The position numbers and the translations under genes were made by a program. From the NCBI RefSeq assembly GCF_043726505.1, contig NZ_JAYSKH010000265.1: 64,000 nucleotides of DNA. One strand, 5' to 3'. This DNA comes from Undibacterium sp. Lineage in GTDB: Bacteria; Pseudomonadota; Gammaproteobacteria; Burkholderiales; Burkholderiaceae_D. Below, piece by piece: positions 50,526-60,034 of the stretch. Numbering within the stretch: the first letter of the stretch is position 1; each line of letters begins with the position of its first letter. Below the pieces are notes generated by a model. It was not told the DNA's origin. It saw only the letters and a list, made by a program, of their open reading frames with translations, and ran no database searches.

Positions 50526-51227
50526 ATGCCTACCAACCTGACTCCAGTCGATACGCCCATCCCTATTTCCCAACGCATACGCGAACGCATACAGGCGAAA
50601 AAAACGCGCTTCCATGCAAACGACAATATCGCGCAATTCATCGAGCCGGGCGAACTGGACCAGTTGCTGGACGAAGTGGAACAAAAACTGAAGGGCGTGC
50701 TGCAAAGCCTCGTCATCGATACCGACAGCGACCACAATACGCAGGACACTGGCCGCCGGGTCGCCAAGATGTTCATCAATGAGGTGTTCAAGGGCCGTTA
50801 TGTGCCGATGCCGGCCGTCACCGAATTCCCAAATGCGTCACGCCTGAACGAACTGATGATCATCGGCCCTATCACGGTACGCAGCGCCTGCTCGCACCAC
50901 CTGTGCCCAATTATCGGCAAGGTATGGATAGGCGTGATGCCGAATGAGCACTCAAACCTGATCGGCCTGTCCAAATATGCGCGCATCGCCGAGTGGATCA
51001 TGAGCCGGCCGCAGATACAGGAAGAGGCGGTCGTGCAGCTGGCTGACACGCTGCAGGAAAAGATGCACCCGGATGGCCTGGCCGTCGTCATGGAAGCGGA
51101 CCATTTCTGCATGCACTGGCGCGGCGTGAAAGACATGGACGCCAAGATGATCAACAGCGTAATGCACGGCTCCTTCCTCAAGGATCCGAACCTGCGCCGC
51201 GAATTCCTGGCGCTGATCAAGCGCTAG
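50526..51227 (+). CDS. folE: GTP cyclohydrolase I (zinc-dependent FolE type)
   Basis: DTGRRVAKMF, SACSHHLCP, GLSKYAR, RPQIQE, HFCMHWRGV. Confidence 0.95.
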   Translation: MPTNLTPVDTPIPISQRIRERIQAKKTRFHANDNIAQFIEPGELDQLLDEVEQKLKGVLQSLVIDTDSDHNTQDTGRRVAKMFINEVFKGRYVPMPAVTEFPNASRLNELMIIGPITVRSACSHHLCPIIGKVWIGVMPNEHSNLIGLSKYARIAEWIMSRPQIQEEAVVQLADTLQEKMHPDGLAVVMEADHFCMHWRGVKDMDAKMINSVMHGSFLKDPNLRREFLALIKR

Positions 51228-51306
51228 CCTGCGCCTGTCGGTATAGGTTTACACGCGACAATGCAAAGCAGTACGATCCAGTAAAAAACAATGCGAGGAG
51301 AGCAAC

Positions 51307-51732
51307 ATGCTAGTCAGATTACTTTACGCCAGCCGTGCCGCAGACAAGAAGCTCTGCGACGTGATCGCCGACATCATGCAGCAGTCGCGCACGCATAACC
51401 CGAAGAACGGCATCACCGGCATACTGTGCCATAGTGACAGTGTGTTCATGCAGGTACTGGAAGGCGGGCGTGACGCCGTCAATACGCTGTATGCGCAGAT
51501 ACTGAAGGATCAGCGCCATACCGACGTGATACTGCTGCACTATGAAGAAATCATGGAGCGGCGCTACAGCGGCTGGACCATGGGCCAGGCCAACCTGGGC
51601 AAGATTAATCCATCCATTCTGCTGAAGTATTCCGACCTGCCTGAGCTGAACCCGCATGCGATGTCGGGCAAGATGTCGCTGGCGCTGGTGGAAGAGCTGA
51701 TCGCCACCGCGTCCATCGTCGGACGGACTTGA
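51307..51732 (+). CDS. Stand-alone BLUF blue-light photoreceptor
   Basis: LLYAS (Tyr), SRTHNPKNGITGIL (Asn), FMQVLEG (Gln), DQRH, WTMG (Trp/Met); no output domain. Confidence 0.93.
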   Translation: MLVRLLYASRAADKKLCDVIADIMQQSRTHNPKNGITGILCHSDSVFMQVLEGGRDAVNTLYAQILKDQRHTDVILLHYEEIMERRYSGWTMGQANLGKINPSILLKYSDLPELNPHAMSGKMSLALVEELIATASIVGRT

Positions 51733-52664
51733 CCCGCCCCTCGCTGGCATCGCAGCTCGATAGCTATCTGGCCCGCAAGACACTGGCCGGGCGGGCGCAA
51801 GCCGCACTCAGCGCGGAATCGCTAGCCTACCTGGATACCCCGCAGGGCCGTCTGCGCCTGTTCGACAGCGGAGAGAATACCGGGCACCCAAGACCCTGTG
51901 TGATCTTTACACCAGATGGGCCGAATGTCATCGAACATTACTGGCCGCTATTCCAGCTGTTGCAAGACGACTTCCGCATCGTTTGCTTTGATATGCCCGG
52001 CTTTGGTTTTTCCATGCCTGCCGCCTCTTACCAGCATAGCCTGGACCAGGGCGCGCAAACCGTGCTGGATGTAATGGACGGGCTGAATGTTCCGGTTGCG
52101 ACACTGGCGTTCAGCTGCGCCAACGGCCTGTATGCGATGCAGGCCGCCCGTAAGGCGCCACAGCGCATCCTCAGTCTGTTCCTCGCGCAAACCCCTTCGC
52201 TGGCAGCCATGCATGCGTGGACAGGCCGCATGATACCGTGGCCACTACGGGTGCCGGTGCTGGGCCAATCGCTGGCCTGGGTGCTCAGGAAAAAACTTGC
52301 GCATGGCTGGTACCATAGTGCACTGCCTAAAGACACGGACAAGGAGCCGTTCCGCCAGATTGCAGGCCATGCATTTGCGACAGGCGGCTGTTTTTGCCTG
52401 GCCGGTGTGGTACAGGGCCTAGTGAAGGAAAGTCCGGATGCGATGCATGCCATCAGCACACCCTGCACGATGCTGTGGGGCGGCCTCGACAGGTCACACC
52501 GGCAGACCGTGCCGGAATCATTGCTGGACCACGTACCGCATGCAGAGATCATCCGCTTCGATGATTGCGGACATTTTCCGGAAGTCGAACAGCCTGAACG
52601 CTATGCGCAGCTGTTGAAGGCGCATGTGGATAAACTATCAGGGAACGCAGTCATCGCTGGCTAG
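51729..52664 (+). CDS. Alpha/beta-fold hydrolase with atypical nucleophile elbow
   Basis: FDMPGFGFS, AFSCANG in place of GxSxG, LWGGLD, CGHFPEVEQP; TTG start overlapping the BLUF stop. Confidence 0.82.
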   Translation: MTRPSLASQLDSYLARKTLAGRAQAALSAESLAYLDTPQGRLRLFDSGENTGHPRPCVIFTPDGPNVIEHYWPLFQLLQDDFRIVCFDMPGFGFSMPAASYQHSLDQGAQTVLDVMDGLNVPVATLAFSCANGLYAMQAARKAPQRILSLFLAQTPSLAAMHAWTGRMIPWPLRVPVLGQSLAWVLRKKLAHGWYHSALPKDTDKEPFRQIAGHAFATGGCFCLAGVVQGLVKESPDAMHAISTPCTMLWGGLDRSHRQTVPESLLDHVPHAEIIRFDDCGHFPEVEQPERYAQLLKAHVDKLSGNAVIAG

Positions 52665-52684
52665 CGATGGCTAACTCTTCGCGC

Positions 52685-53173
52685 TCAGTGCGCCAGCTTC
52701 TTTTTTGCAGTATCGATCGCATCATCCAGATACGCGCCATAAAAATCTTCCAGCAAGGCGCCGACGATGGGTGGCGCCAGTGCATTGCCCTGTGCATCGA
52801 GAAATAGTACGGTAGGGGCAGCTTTGACCGCATACGCCGCCGCCAGTTGCCGCTGGCTGACAGGCTTGCCATCAAAACCGCTGATGATGGTTTCGCTATC
52901 GATATACACCTGCCGCACGATGGCTCCCTGCTTGCTTAGCGGCACCAGTTGCTGGCGTCGCACCTGTTCGCAATATGGGCAATCCGGCAGGCTGACGATC
53001 AGGATCAGCGGCATGCCCTGCTTGGCGGCGGCCATGGCTTCCTGCCGCAGATCAGTCGCAGCGGGTAGCGGTGTTTCCTTTGCCATCGCTGACATGGCCG
53101 GCATCACCCACATCAGGCACAGCGCCGCCAGCAGTAGCCACTCTGTTTGCCAGTGTGTGCGCCGACTCAACAT
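52685..53173 (-). CDS. Periplasmic thioredoxin-like protein (SoxW-like)
   Basis: Signal peptide, CPYC, TPTV-like APTVLF; last gene of the sox operon. Confidence 0.8.
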   Translation of the reverse strand: MLSRRTHWQTEWLLLAALCLMWVMPAMSAMAKETPLPAATDLRQEAMAAAKQGMPLILIVSLPDCPYCEQVRRQQLVPLSKQGAIVRQVYIDSETIISGFDGKPVSQRQLAAAYAVKAAPTVLFLDAQGNALAPPIVGALLEDFYGAYLDDAIDTAKKKLAH

Positions 53174-53175
53174 GC

Positions 53176-54915
53176 TCAGTTCCCCTGACCAGGCGCGATG
53201 CCGGGGTTGCCACGCGCGCCCTTGATCTTAGGCTGGTTCAGCGTGCGCGTGCCGACCTGCTTCTGCGACTTCAGGTAACGCGCCATAACGTCCCATATCG
53301 GTTCGCCGCTGGCGCCTTCGGCCACCGGCGCCCAGCCGGCAACCTTGTATTGCTTGCCCGCCTCTATCGCCTTGCCGGCCAGCCGCATGTCGCTGATGCG
53401 CCCGCCCATCGTCGCCACCGGATCTATCGTATATTGCAGGCCGCCCACGCGTACCATATCGCCGCCCTGCTGGTAATACGGATCGGGATTAAACAGATTG
53501 TCGGCCACGTCTTCCAGGATGGTCTTGATAGTGTCGCCGCTCATCATCGTCACCGTTGTATACGGATAGGTGATCGCAGTCTGGTCCATCAGGTGTTCCA
53601 TCGTGATGGTCTGGCCGGGCAGCAACGATGTGCCCCAGCGGAAGCCCGGCGAGAATGCGATCTCGGCATTTTTCTCGGCCATCAGGCCATCCAGGATCAA
53701 CTGGTCAAAGCTGCCGTTGAAATTACCGCGCCGGTACAACAGGCCTTCGCTGACGGCCAGTTCTTCCGCCAGTTGTGGCGCATATGGCGCGCGCAGTTTC
53801 GTAATCAGCGCCTGCATGTCGTGGTCGGCCGGCAGCATATTGGCAAACACCGGCAGCAGCTTGTAGCGGAAATCGCTGACCTTGCCGTGCACGACATCAA
53901 AATCCAGCACACCGAGGAATTTGCCGTTGGAGCCGGCATTGGTCACCAGCGTCTTGCCGCCGCCATTGCCCACAATGACGGGGGCAGGCACACCGTCATG
54001 CGTATGCCCGCCCAGAATGGCGTCAATGCCGGTAACGCGGCCTGCCATCTTCACATCCACATCCATGCCGTTGTGGCTGAGTACAACCACCACCTGAGCA
54101 CCCTTGGCGCGCGCGTCGTTGACAGTGGCCTGCATTTCTTTTTCCTGGATACCGAAGGTCCAGTCGGCGACCAAATAACGCGGGTTGGCAATCGGGGTAT
54201 ACGGGAAGGCCTGGCCTATGATGGCCACCGGCACACCGTTGAGCTGTTTGATCACATAGGGCGTAAATACCGGATCGCCAAAATCGTTGGTCTTGACGTT
54301 CTGTGCGACAAAATCGATCTTGCCGGCCAGATCCTTGGCGATAATTTCTTGTACCCGCTTATCGCCCAGCGTAAATTCCCAGTGGGCCGTCATCACGTCC
54401 ACACCCAGCAGCTTGCAGGCTTCGACCATGTCCTGGCCTTTGGTCCACAGCGCGGTGGCAGAACCCTGCCAGCTGTCGCCGCCGTCCAGCAGCAGCGCTT
54501 GCGGCCTGCCGGCTCGCAGCTGTTTGACCAGCGTGCTTAGATGGGCGAATCCGCCAACCTTGCCGTAAGTTTTTGCTGCCTGCGCAAAATCCAGATAGGT
54601 GAACGCATGCGCATCGACGCTGCCGGGCCGTATGCCGTAAGCCTTCAGCAGCGCCTCGCCAACCAGATGCGGTGGCTTGCCGAACTGGCCACCCAGACCC
54701 AGATTGACATCAGGTTCACGGAAGTACAGTGGGTTAAGCTGCGCGTGGCAGTCGGTGAAATGCAGCAGATGCACGTTGCCGAAAGACGGCAATCGGTACA
54801 TGCCGCCGTCAGCGGCGTCGGCTGCGTCAGCGCCGGCCGCGGATGCATACCTGGCCAAAGGCAAGCCGGCAGCAGCGCCTGCTGCCAGCATCTGTAAAAA
54901 TTCTCGCCTGTACAT
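53176..54915 (-). CDS. soxB: Thiosulfohydrolase SoxB
   Basis: Tat signal RREFLQ; HFTDCHAQL, GGDSWQG, HWEF, LSHNG, GGHTHD. Confidence 0.96.
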   Translation of the reverse strand: MYRREFLQMLAAGAAAGLPLARYASAAGADAADAADGGMYRLPSFGNVHLLHFTDCHAQLNPLYFREPDVNLGLGGQFGKPPHLVGEALLKAYGIRPGSVDAHAFTYLDFAQAAKTYGKVGGFAHLSTLVKQLRAGRPQALLLDGGDSWQGSATALWTKGQDMVEACKLLGVDVMTAHWEFTLGDKRVQEIIAKDLAGKIDFVAQNVKTNDFGDPVFTPYVIKQLNGVPVAIIGQAFPYTPIANPRYLVADWTFGIQEKEMQATVNDARAKGAQVVVVLSHNGMDVDVKMAGRVTGIDAILGGHTHDGVPAPVIVGNGGGKTLVTNAGSNGKFLGVLDFDVVHGKVSDFRYKLLPVFANMLPADHDMQALITKLRAPYAPQLAEELAVSEGLLYRRGNFNGSFDQLILDGLMAEKNAEIAFSPGFRWGTSLLPGQTITMEHLMDQTAITYPYTTVTMMSGDTIKTILEDVADNLFNPDPYYQQGGDMVRVGGLQYTIDPVATMGGRISDMRLAGKAIEAGKQYKVAGWAPVAEGASGEPIWDVMARYLKSQKQVGTRTLNQPKIKGARGNPGIAPGQGN

Positions 54916-54952
54916 GGCTGCTCCGGAGGAAGGGAAGGAACCCGCTCTACCT

Positions 54953-55606
54953 TTATTGGTTCACTGGCGATTTTGGATCAAGCAGCAATGCAACCAGGTC
55001 CATGATTTGGGCCTGCGTCAGTATCTTCTGATGGCCAAAGCGCGGCATGTTGGAGCATGCCGAAAATGCCTGCGCGTTATAAATCTTCTTGTACGTGTAT
55101 TCGGCTATTTCCTTACCCTGCCCACGCAGCTTGCCGTAGTTGTACAGCGAAGGGCCGATATTGCCATAGGAAATTTCCTGAGGTGCAATCTGGTGGCACG
55201 CATAACAATTGCCGCCGCCGACATCGCCAGCCTTGTCGCTGAAGGTCAGGCCGCGCCCGTTCTGTGCAATCTTCTCGCCTTCCTTCCAGTTACCGGCAGG
55301 CTGGCCCGCCGCAGGCATGACGATGGCAGATAACTGCGCCTTCTCTATTTTGTCAGCAATGTCCTTCGGTACTTCCTTGCCTGCGTATTCGGTGCAGATG
55401 CGTTGCAGCTCATCTTGCGTCAGCCTGTCGATGGAGGCAATGCCGCTGGTCACGAAAGAAGCCTTCATCGATTCCTGCGCCAGCCTGGCAGCTTCCGCAT
55501 TCGACATGGTACCCCCCGTACTGCCCATACCGGCGCAACCAGCCAAAGCAGCCACTGCTGCGATCAGCACGGCGCCTGCCATTGATATATTTTTCTTGTT
55601 CATCAT
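54953..55606 (-). CDS. soxX: SoxX cytochrome c
   Basis: GGNCYACH, GNIGPSL, CSNMPRFG. Confidence 0.94.
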   Translation of the reverse strand: MMNKKNISMAGAVLIAAVAALAGCAGMGSTGGTMSNAEAARLAQESMKASFVTSGIASIDRLTQDELQRICTEYAGKEVPKDIADKIEKAQLSAIVMPAAGQPAGNWKEGEKIAQNGRGLTFSDKAGDVGGGNCYACHQIAPQEISYGNIGPSLYNYGKLRGQGKEIAEYTYKKIYNAQAFSACSNMPRFGHQKILTQAQIMDLVALLLDPKSPVNQ

Positions 55607-55621
55607 GATCTCGCTTCCGGC

Positions 55622-56437
55622 TTAACGTTTGAGAGCGGGCGCATTATAGGTCGCGCCTTCGGCATTCTTTGCCAGGAACATCGTCAACGCAGTAATCGCA
55701 TCGGACGTGTACAGAGGCTCGGGGAAGCGCTGCTGGCGGAAACAGTCGTTCAGCCTGTGCTGCATCGTGCGCACCTCACCCTGCGACACACGGTAAGCAG
55801 GCCACGTCGCATACGCTTCGCGCGCATCCTTGGCGTTGGTCAGATCAGGCAGATACTGCAGCCGTATACGCTTGTCCGGCGCGCCATGGCAGGTCGCGCA
55901 GGAAAAATCGTAAGGACCGGCACGGTAATAAAAAATCTGCTGCCCTATCGCATAGGCTTCTTTCTCCTTGGGATGCGACAGCGGCGTTGCCATCTTCATG
56001 CCGCGCGACTGCTCGGTAATATAAGCTGCCAGCGCCTCCATGTCCGAAGGTTTTCCGGGCGATGAGAAAGGATTTTTCTTCGCATCCGCTACGCTCATGC
56101 CCTGCAGGCTCATCATGCAAGTCACTAGCCGCGACTCCAGATCCTGCACCATCCTGGTGTCGTCAAAGTAACGCGGCAGTTTGACGTAGGCGCCTGCCAC
56201 CACGCCCGGGCCAACGCCGAGATCACATTTCTCCAGGCTGACCTTGTTCGGGCCACGCGGCGTTTTCCACAGCGCTTCACCCTTCATTTCGGATAGCTCG
56301 GCTGGATTGTCGCCGGCTAACATGTCGCGGTATTTGGCCAGCGGATCATCCTTGCCCTGCTGCGCGCACGCAAACTGCGCGGTGGACGACATCACCAGCA
56401 TCGCCATCGCCAGGATCAGCCTGTTGATCGTTTTCAT
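55622..56437 (-). CDS. soxA: SoxA (monoheme type)
   Basis: Single CATCH motif; N-terminal Cys pair (SLEKC, LVTCM); RLNDCFRQQR active-site Cys. Confidence 0.94.
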   Translation of the reverse strand: MKTINRLILAMAMLVMSSTAQFACAQQGKDDPLAKYRDMLAGDNPAELSEMKGEALWKTPRGPNKVSLEKCDLGVGPGVVAGAYVKLPRYFDDTRMVQDLESRLVTCMMSLQGMSVADAKKNPFSSPGKPSDMEALAAYITEQSRGMKMATPLSHPKEKEAYAIGQQIFYYRAGPYDFSCATCHGAPDKRIRLQYLPDLTNAKDAREAYATWPAYRVSQGEVRTMQHRLNDCFRQQRFPEPLYTSDAITALTMFLAKNAEGATYNAPALKR

Positions 56438-56510
56438 TTTATCTCCGTCATCTCACTGCCTGCCGTGCCTGAACCTGCATCTTTGCACGGCATGGAAAAC
56501 CGCATCGTCT

Positions 56511-56822
56511 TCAGATGACGGTGCCTTCGTCGTGCCGCTTGTCGCCATGGTTATCGACCCAGTCGACGATGATCTTGTCGCCTTTTTCCGCTCCCTTGAA
56601 ACGGAAGGACAGCAAAGGATTTTTGGAAATGGACGTGCCGAACTGGGCCGTGAATACTTCCTTATCCTTATGCTTGAACGACACGTTCTGGATAAACCAT
56701 GCCGGCACGATCTTGCCGCTGCCGTCCTTGCGCTGGCCGGTTTCCATCTCGTGGCTCATCAATACCTTGACTTCGGTGACGCCTGCTTTTTCTGTTGCGC
56801 GTATGCGCATCGGGTCTGCCAT
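56511..56822 (-). CDS. soxZ: SoxZ
   Basis: MADPMRIRA, HEMETGQRKD, ISKNP, WVDNHG. Confidence 0.95.
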   Translation of the reverse strand: MADPMRIRATEKAGVTEVKVLMSHEMETGQRKDGSGKIVPAWFIQNVSFKHKDKEVFTAQFGTSISKNPLLSFRFKGAEKGDKIIVDWVDNHGDKRHDEGTVI

Positions 56823-56923
56823 GCTGCTCTCCTGAATAATTGTCATCTACGTGCTGCCGTCTTCAAATCTGTCTGGCGTCTGCCATGCGCGGGAATCCGC
56901 GCGGCAAGCCCATCATCAGCTTG

Positions 56924-57391
56924 TTAGCCGCCGCAGCCGCCCAGCGTTACCTTGATTTCTTTGGTAGCGACAAACCATTTGCCGTCGGCTTTGACCAGCG
57001 CATGCACGTTCGACGTCTGCGCCATCTTGACGCGCGTCGCTACGTAAGGCTCAGTGCCAGCCGGTATCGCAAACGTGCCAGACAACGCCGCCGGGTTTTT
57101 TTCGACGACGATAGCCATCTGCTGCACATTCGGCAGCGTCGACGAAATCGCGATAGGCACGACCGCGCCGTTTTCGGCGATATCCGGCGCATCAATCACC
57201 ACCGCTGTAGAGGCGCTGGCATTGCTGCCGCCCAGCGCTTTTACCGTATCAGGCAGGTTCTTGGCATCGAATGCGGACTTGTTCCAGTCCTGCGCCTGCG
57301 CCCAGGCTTCGCCCGGCTTGATCAGCCCGGCAGCAACAGCCAGGCCCATGATGCTGGCGATGCGCAATGCATCGCGACGGTTTTGTTCCAT
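56924..57391 (-). CDS. soxY: SoxY sulfur-carrier
   Basis: Tat signal RRDAL; APDIAENGAVVP; C-terminal VTLGGCGG swinging arm. Confidence 0.97.
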   Translation of the reverse strand: MEQNRRDALRIASIMGLAVAAGLIKPGEAWAQAQDWNKSAFDAKNLPDTVKALGGSNASASTAVVIDAPDIAENGAVVPIAISSTLPNVQQMAIVVEKNPAALSGTFAIPAGTEPYVATRVKMAQTSNVHALVKADGKWFVATKEIKVTLGGCGG

Positions 57392-57491
57392 TGACGTCTC
57401 TCCTGTTTAGACTAGTCTATTTTAATAGTTTTTCAGCCGAATTTATTATTTCCATGGAAACAAGTCCCAGCATCCGGTTTTTTCCGGCTTT

Positions 57492-58586
57492 TTACTGGGC
57501 ACCGCCCATGATCCATTTGACAATGATTTTGATGTCCGCGTCAGGCACCTGCGTATTTGCGGGCATCGGCACGCTGCCCCAGACGCCCTGCCCGCCGGCT
57601 TTTATCTTGGCACTGAGCGTGTTTTCAACGCCAGATACACCGGCATATTTTTTCTGCACGTCACGGAAAGCCGGGCCGACGATTTTGTTGCTGACGCCAT
57701 GGCAAGCCATGCACGCATATTTTTTCGCCAGCGACGCGGCATCAATCACAGGCGCAGCGGTTGTTTCCGCAACAGCCAGAATGGTCTTGCCCTTCAGCGC
57801 TTCGGTCGGCGCGGCGGCCAGCGTATCAACGCCACGCACCGGGCCTATCAGGCGGTTTTGTTCGGCGATGTCGCCATGTGCATTGCGCGCGTAGTCCGGC
57901 AGGCGGGATGAAATGCTGACCGTTGCAACGCAATCCTTCATGCAGGCGACATTTTTTACGTCAGGCTTGCCTTTGACGTCCCACATGCCGTGCCGGGTTT
58001 GCAGGCCGTTGCGGTTAGGCAACCGCTTTTGGACATCCGCAATATTGCTATTGCTGAGCACATAGTCATCCGGCACCACCTCGGCCATGTTCAGGATATA
58101 GGCAGTCACCGCATAGACTTCATCGGTCGTCAGCGATTTGGGGGCATTCCATGGCATGGCGCGGTTGATATAGTCCCACAGCGTCGACACCTGGGATAGT
58201 TTCATCATCGTCGTACGCTGCGGTTGCGTATTGCCGGACAGCGCGGCCACGCGGCCTGTTTCAATGTCTTGCTTTGTGGTGCCACCGATGATGGGGGTGA
58301 ATACCTGATTAGATTCGCCGAAGCTGCCATGGCACATTGCGCATTTGCCTTCCCACACCAGCATGCCTTTTCCCACGCTGCCGGAGCCGGGCGGCAAACC
58401 CTTGAAGTCCGGACGCACGTCAATATCCCAAGCCGCAATCTCTTTGGCTGTTGCGGTGCGGCCTACACCGGGATAACTGTCTGCTGCCGATGCCGGCACC
58501 GAGGCTGCGTTCAGCAACAACAGGGAAAGCGCAGCACGGGCTAGCCGTTGCGCAACAACGCGGCCTGCCTTAGGAAACATGGACAT
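57492..58586 (-). CDS. soxD: SoxD diheme cytochrome c
   Basis: WDIDVRPD, CAMCH, MPWNAP, second heme CMACH; start overlaps the soxC end. Confidence 0.93.
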   Translation of the reverse strand: MSMFPKAGRVVAQRLARAALSLLLLNAASVPASAADSYPGVGRTATAKEIAAWDIDVRPDFKGLPPGSGSVGKGMLVWEGKCAMCHGSFGESNQVFTPIIGGTTKQDIETGRVAALSGNTQPQRTTMMKLSQVSTLWDYINRAMPWNAPKSLTTDEVYAVTAYILNMAEVVPDDYVLSNSNIADVQKRLPNRNGLQTRHGMWDVKGKPDVKNVACMKDCVATVSISSRLPDYARNAHGDIAEQNRLIGPVRGVDTLAAAPTEALKGKTILAVAETTAAPVIDAASLAKKYACMACHGVSNKIVGPAFRDVQKKYAGVSGVENTLSAKIKAGGQGVWGSVPMPANTQVPDADIKIIVKWIMGGAQ

Positions 58587-59937
58587 TGCCCACCTCTCCG
58601 GTTTCTGCCACCTGCCACGACTGTATCGCGTTGTTGTGATAAATCGATTTGGCGCCGCGCACCTCTCGCAGTTGCCGCATCTGTGGCTGTACGTAACCCG
58701 TTTCATCGATTGCCCGCGATTGCAGTATCGCCGGGCCGCCGTTCCATACCCAGTCAATATTGAAACGGGTCAGGCATTTGCTGAGCACCGGCGTTTCCAG
58801 TCTGGCGCTGCGCCAGTTTTTGCCGCCATCCACGGACACATCGACGCGCTTGACCTTTCCGCGCCCCGACCACGCAATGCCGGAAATATTGAAATAACCC
58901 TTGTCGATCATTTGCTGCCCGCCGGACGGCGTCGTGATGACGGATTTGCACTCCTGTATCGACGTATATTGCCGGTGCGTGCCGTCCGGCATCAGGTCTA
59001 TATAATGGACCGTCTCGTCCTTGGTCGCATACGGCATGTCACCGACTTCTATCCTGCGCAGCCACTTGACCCACGATACGCCCTGCACGCCGGGCACCAC
59101 CAGACGCAGCGGGTAGCCGTTTTCCGGACGCAGCATTTCTCCGTTCATGCCATAGGCCACAATGACATCATCCATTGCCCTTTCCAGCGAAATGGTGCGC
59201 GTCATTGAGGAACCGTCCGCCCCTTCGGCCAGGATGAAACGCGCGCGCTTCTTGTCCATGCCGCAGGCATCCAGTATTGTTGACAAAGGCACGCCGGTAA
59301 ATTCACAGCAGCTCAGCATGCCGTGCGTGTATTGCACGGTGGGCACGGCGACGTTGCCCCACTCCATGCCGGTATTGGCGCCGCATTCAATGAAGTGCAT
59401 GCGCGACACCGACGGCAGCCGCATGATGTCATCCATCGTGAATACACTGGGATTCTTGACCAGGCCGTTGACCATCAGCCGGTGCTGCTGCGGGTCTATG
59501 TCATGCCAGCCTTGGTGATGGCGCTCGAAATGCAGGCCGTTGGCGGTAATGATGCCAAACATGCCCTGCAGCGGGCAGAACGATACCGATGCAGCGCCGA
59601 CGCGCGTCAGCCCCGGGCTTTCTCGCCTTAACAGGTTTTTTTCATATTTGGAGGGCTGGCCATAGGGATTGGTGGCGACAGGCAAACCCAGGGTTTTGGA
59701 ATGCTCCGGCAGATTAAGGATGGCCGGATCACCTTCAAAGACATCTTCCGCGCGGACTGTTCCAGCCTTCAGTGCAGCCGTAGCACCTACCGTACCCAAG
59801 GTCGCGGCAAAGCTTTTGCGCAGGAACAGGCGGCGTTGCTCATTCAAGCCCTGCGACGTGATTTCCTGGATCAGTTGCTGGTCCAGGAAGTTTTCGGGCG
59901 CCTTTTGCAAACGTCCTGGCGATTTATGCTGGGTCAT
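58570..59937 (-). CDS. soxC: SoxC sulfane dehydrogenase molybdoprotein
   Basis: Tat signal RRLFL; HFERHH, FIECGAN, GYPLRLVVPG, KWLRRI, YHNNAIQSW. Confidence 0.96.
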   Translation of the reverse strand: MTQHKSPGRLQKAPENFLDQQLIQEITSQGLNEQRRLFLRKSFAATLGTVGATAALKAGTVRAEDVFEGDPAILNLPEHSKTLGLPVATNPYGQPSKYEKNLLRRESPGLTRVGAASVSFCPLQGMFGIITANGLHFERHHQGWHDIDPQQHRLMVNGLVKNPSVFTMDDIMRLPSVSRMHFIECGANTGMEWGNVAVPTVQYTHGMLSCCEFTGVPLSTILDACGMDKKRARFILAEGADGSSMTRTISLERAMDDVIVAYGMNGEMLRPENGYPLRLVVPGVQGVSWVKWLRRIEVGDMPYATKDETVHYIDLMPDGTHRQYTSIQECKSVITTPSGGQQMIDKGYFNISGIAWSGRGKVKRVDVSVDGGKNWRSARLETPVLSKCLTRFNIDWVWNGGPAILQSRAIDETGYVQPQMRQLREVRGAKSIYHNNAIQSWQVAETGEVGNVHVS

Positions 59938-60034
59938 CTTGTCCGTCTCTGCACACTATTGAACTAGCAATGCAGACAGACCGGCGCTGGATACCTGGAT
60001 CCGGATGGATTCAGGTAAACGCCCTGCAATGCTG

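Noticed and set aside
53071-54540. 489-aa plus-strand ORF
   Set aside because: Antisense shadow of soxB.
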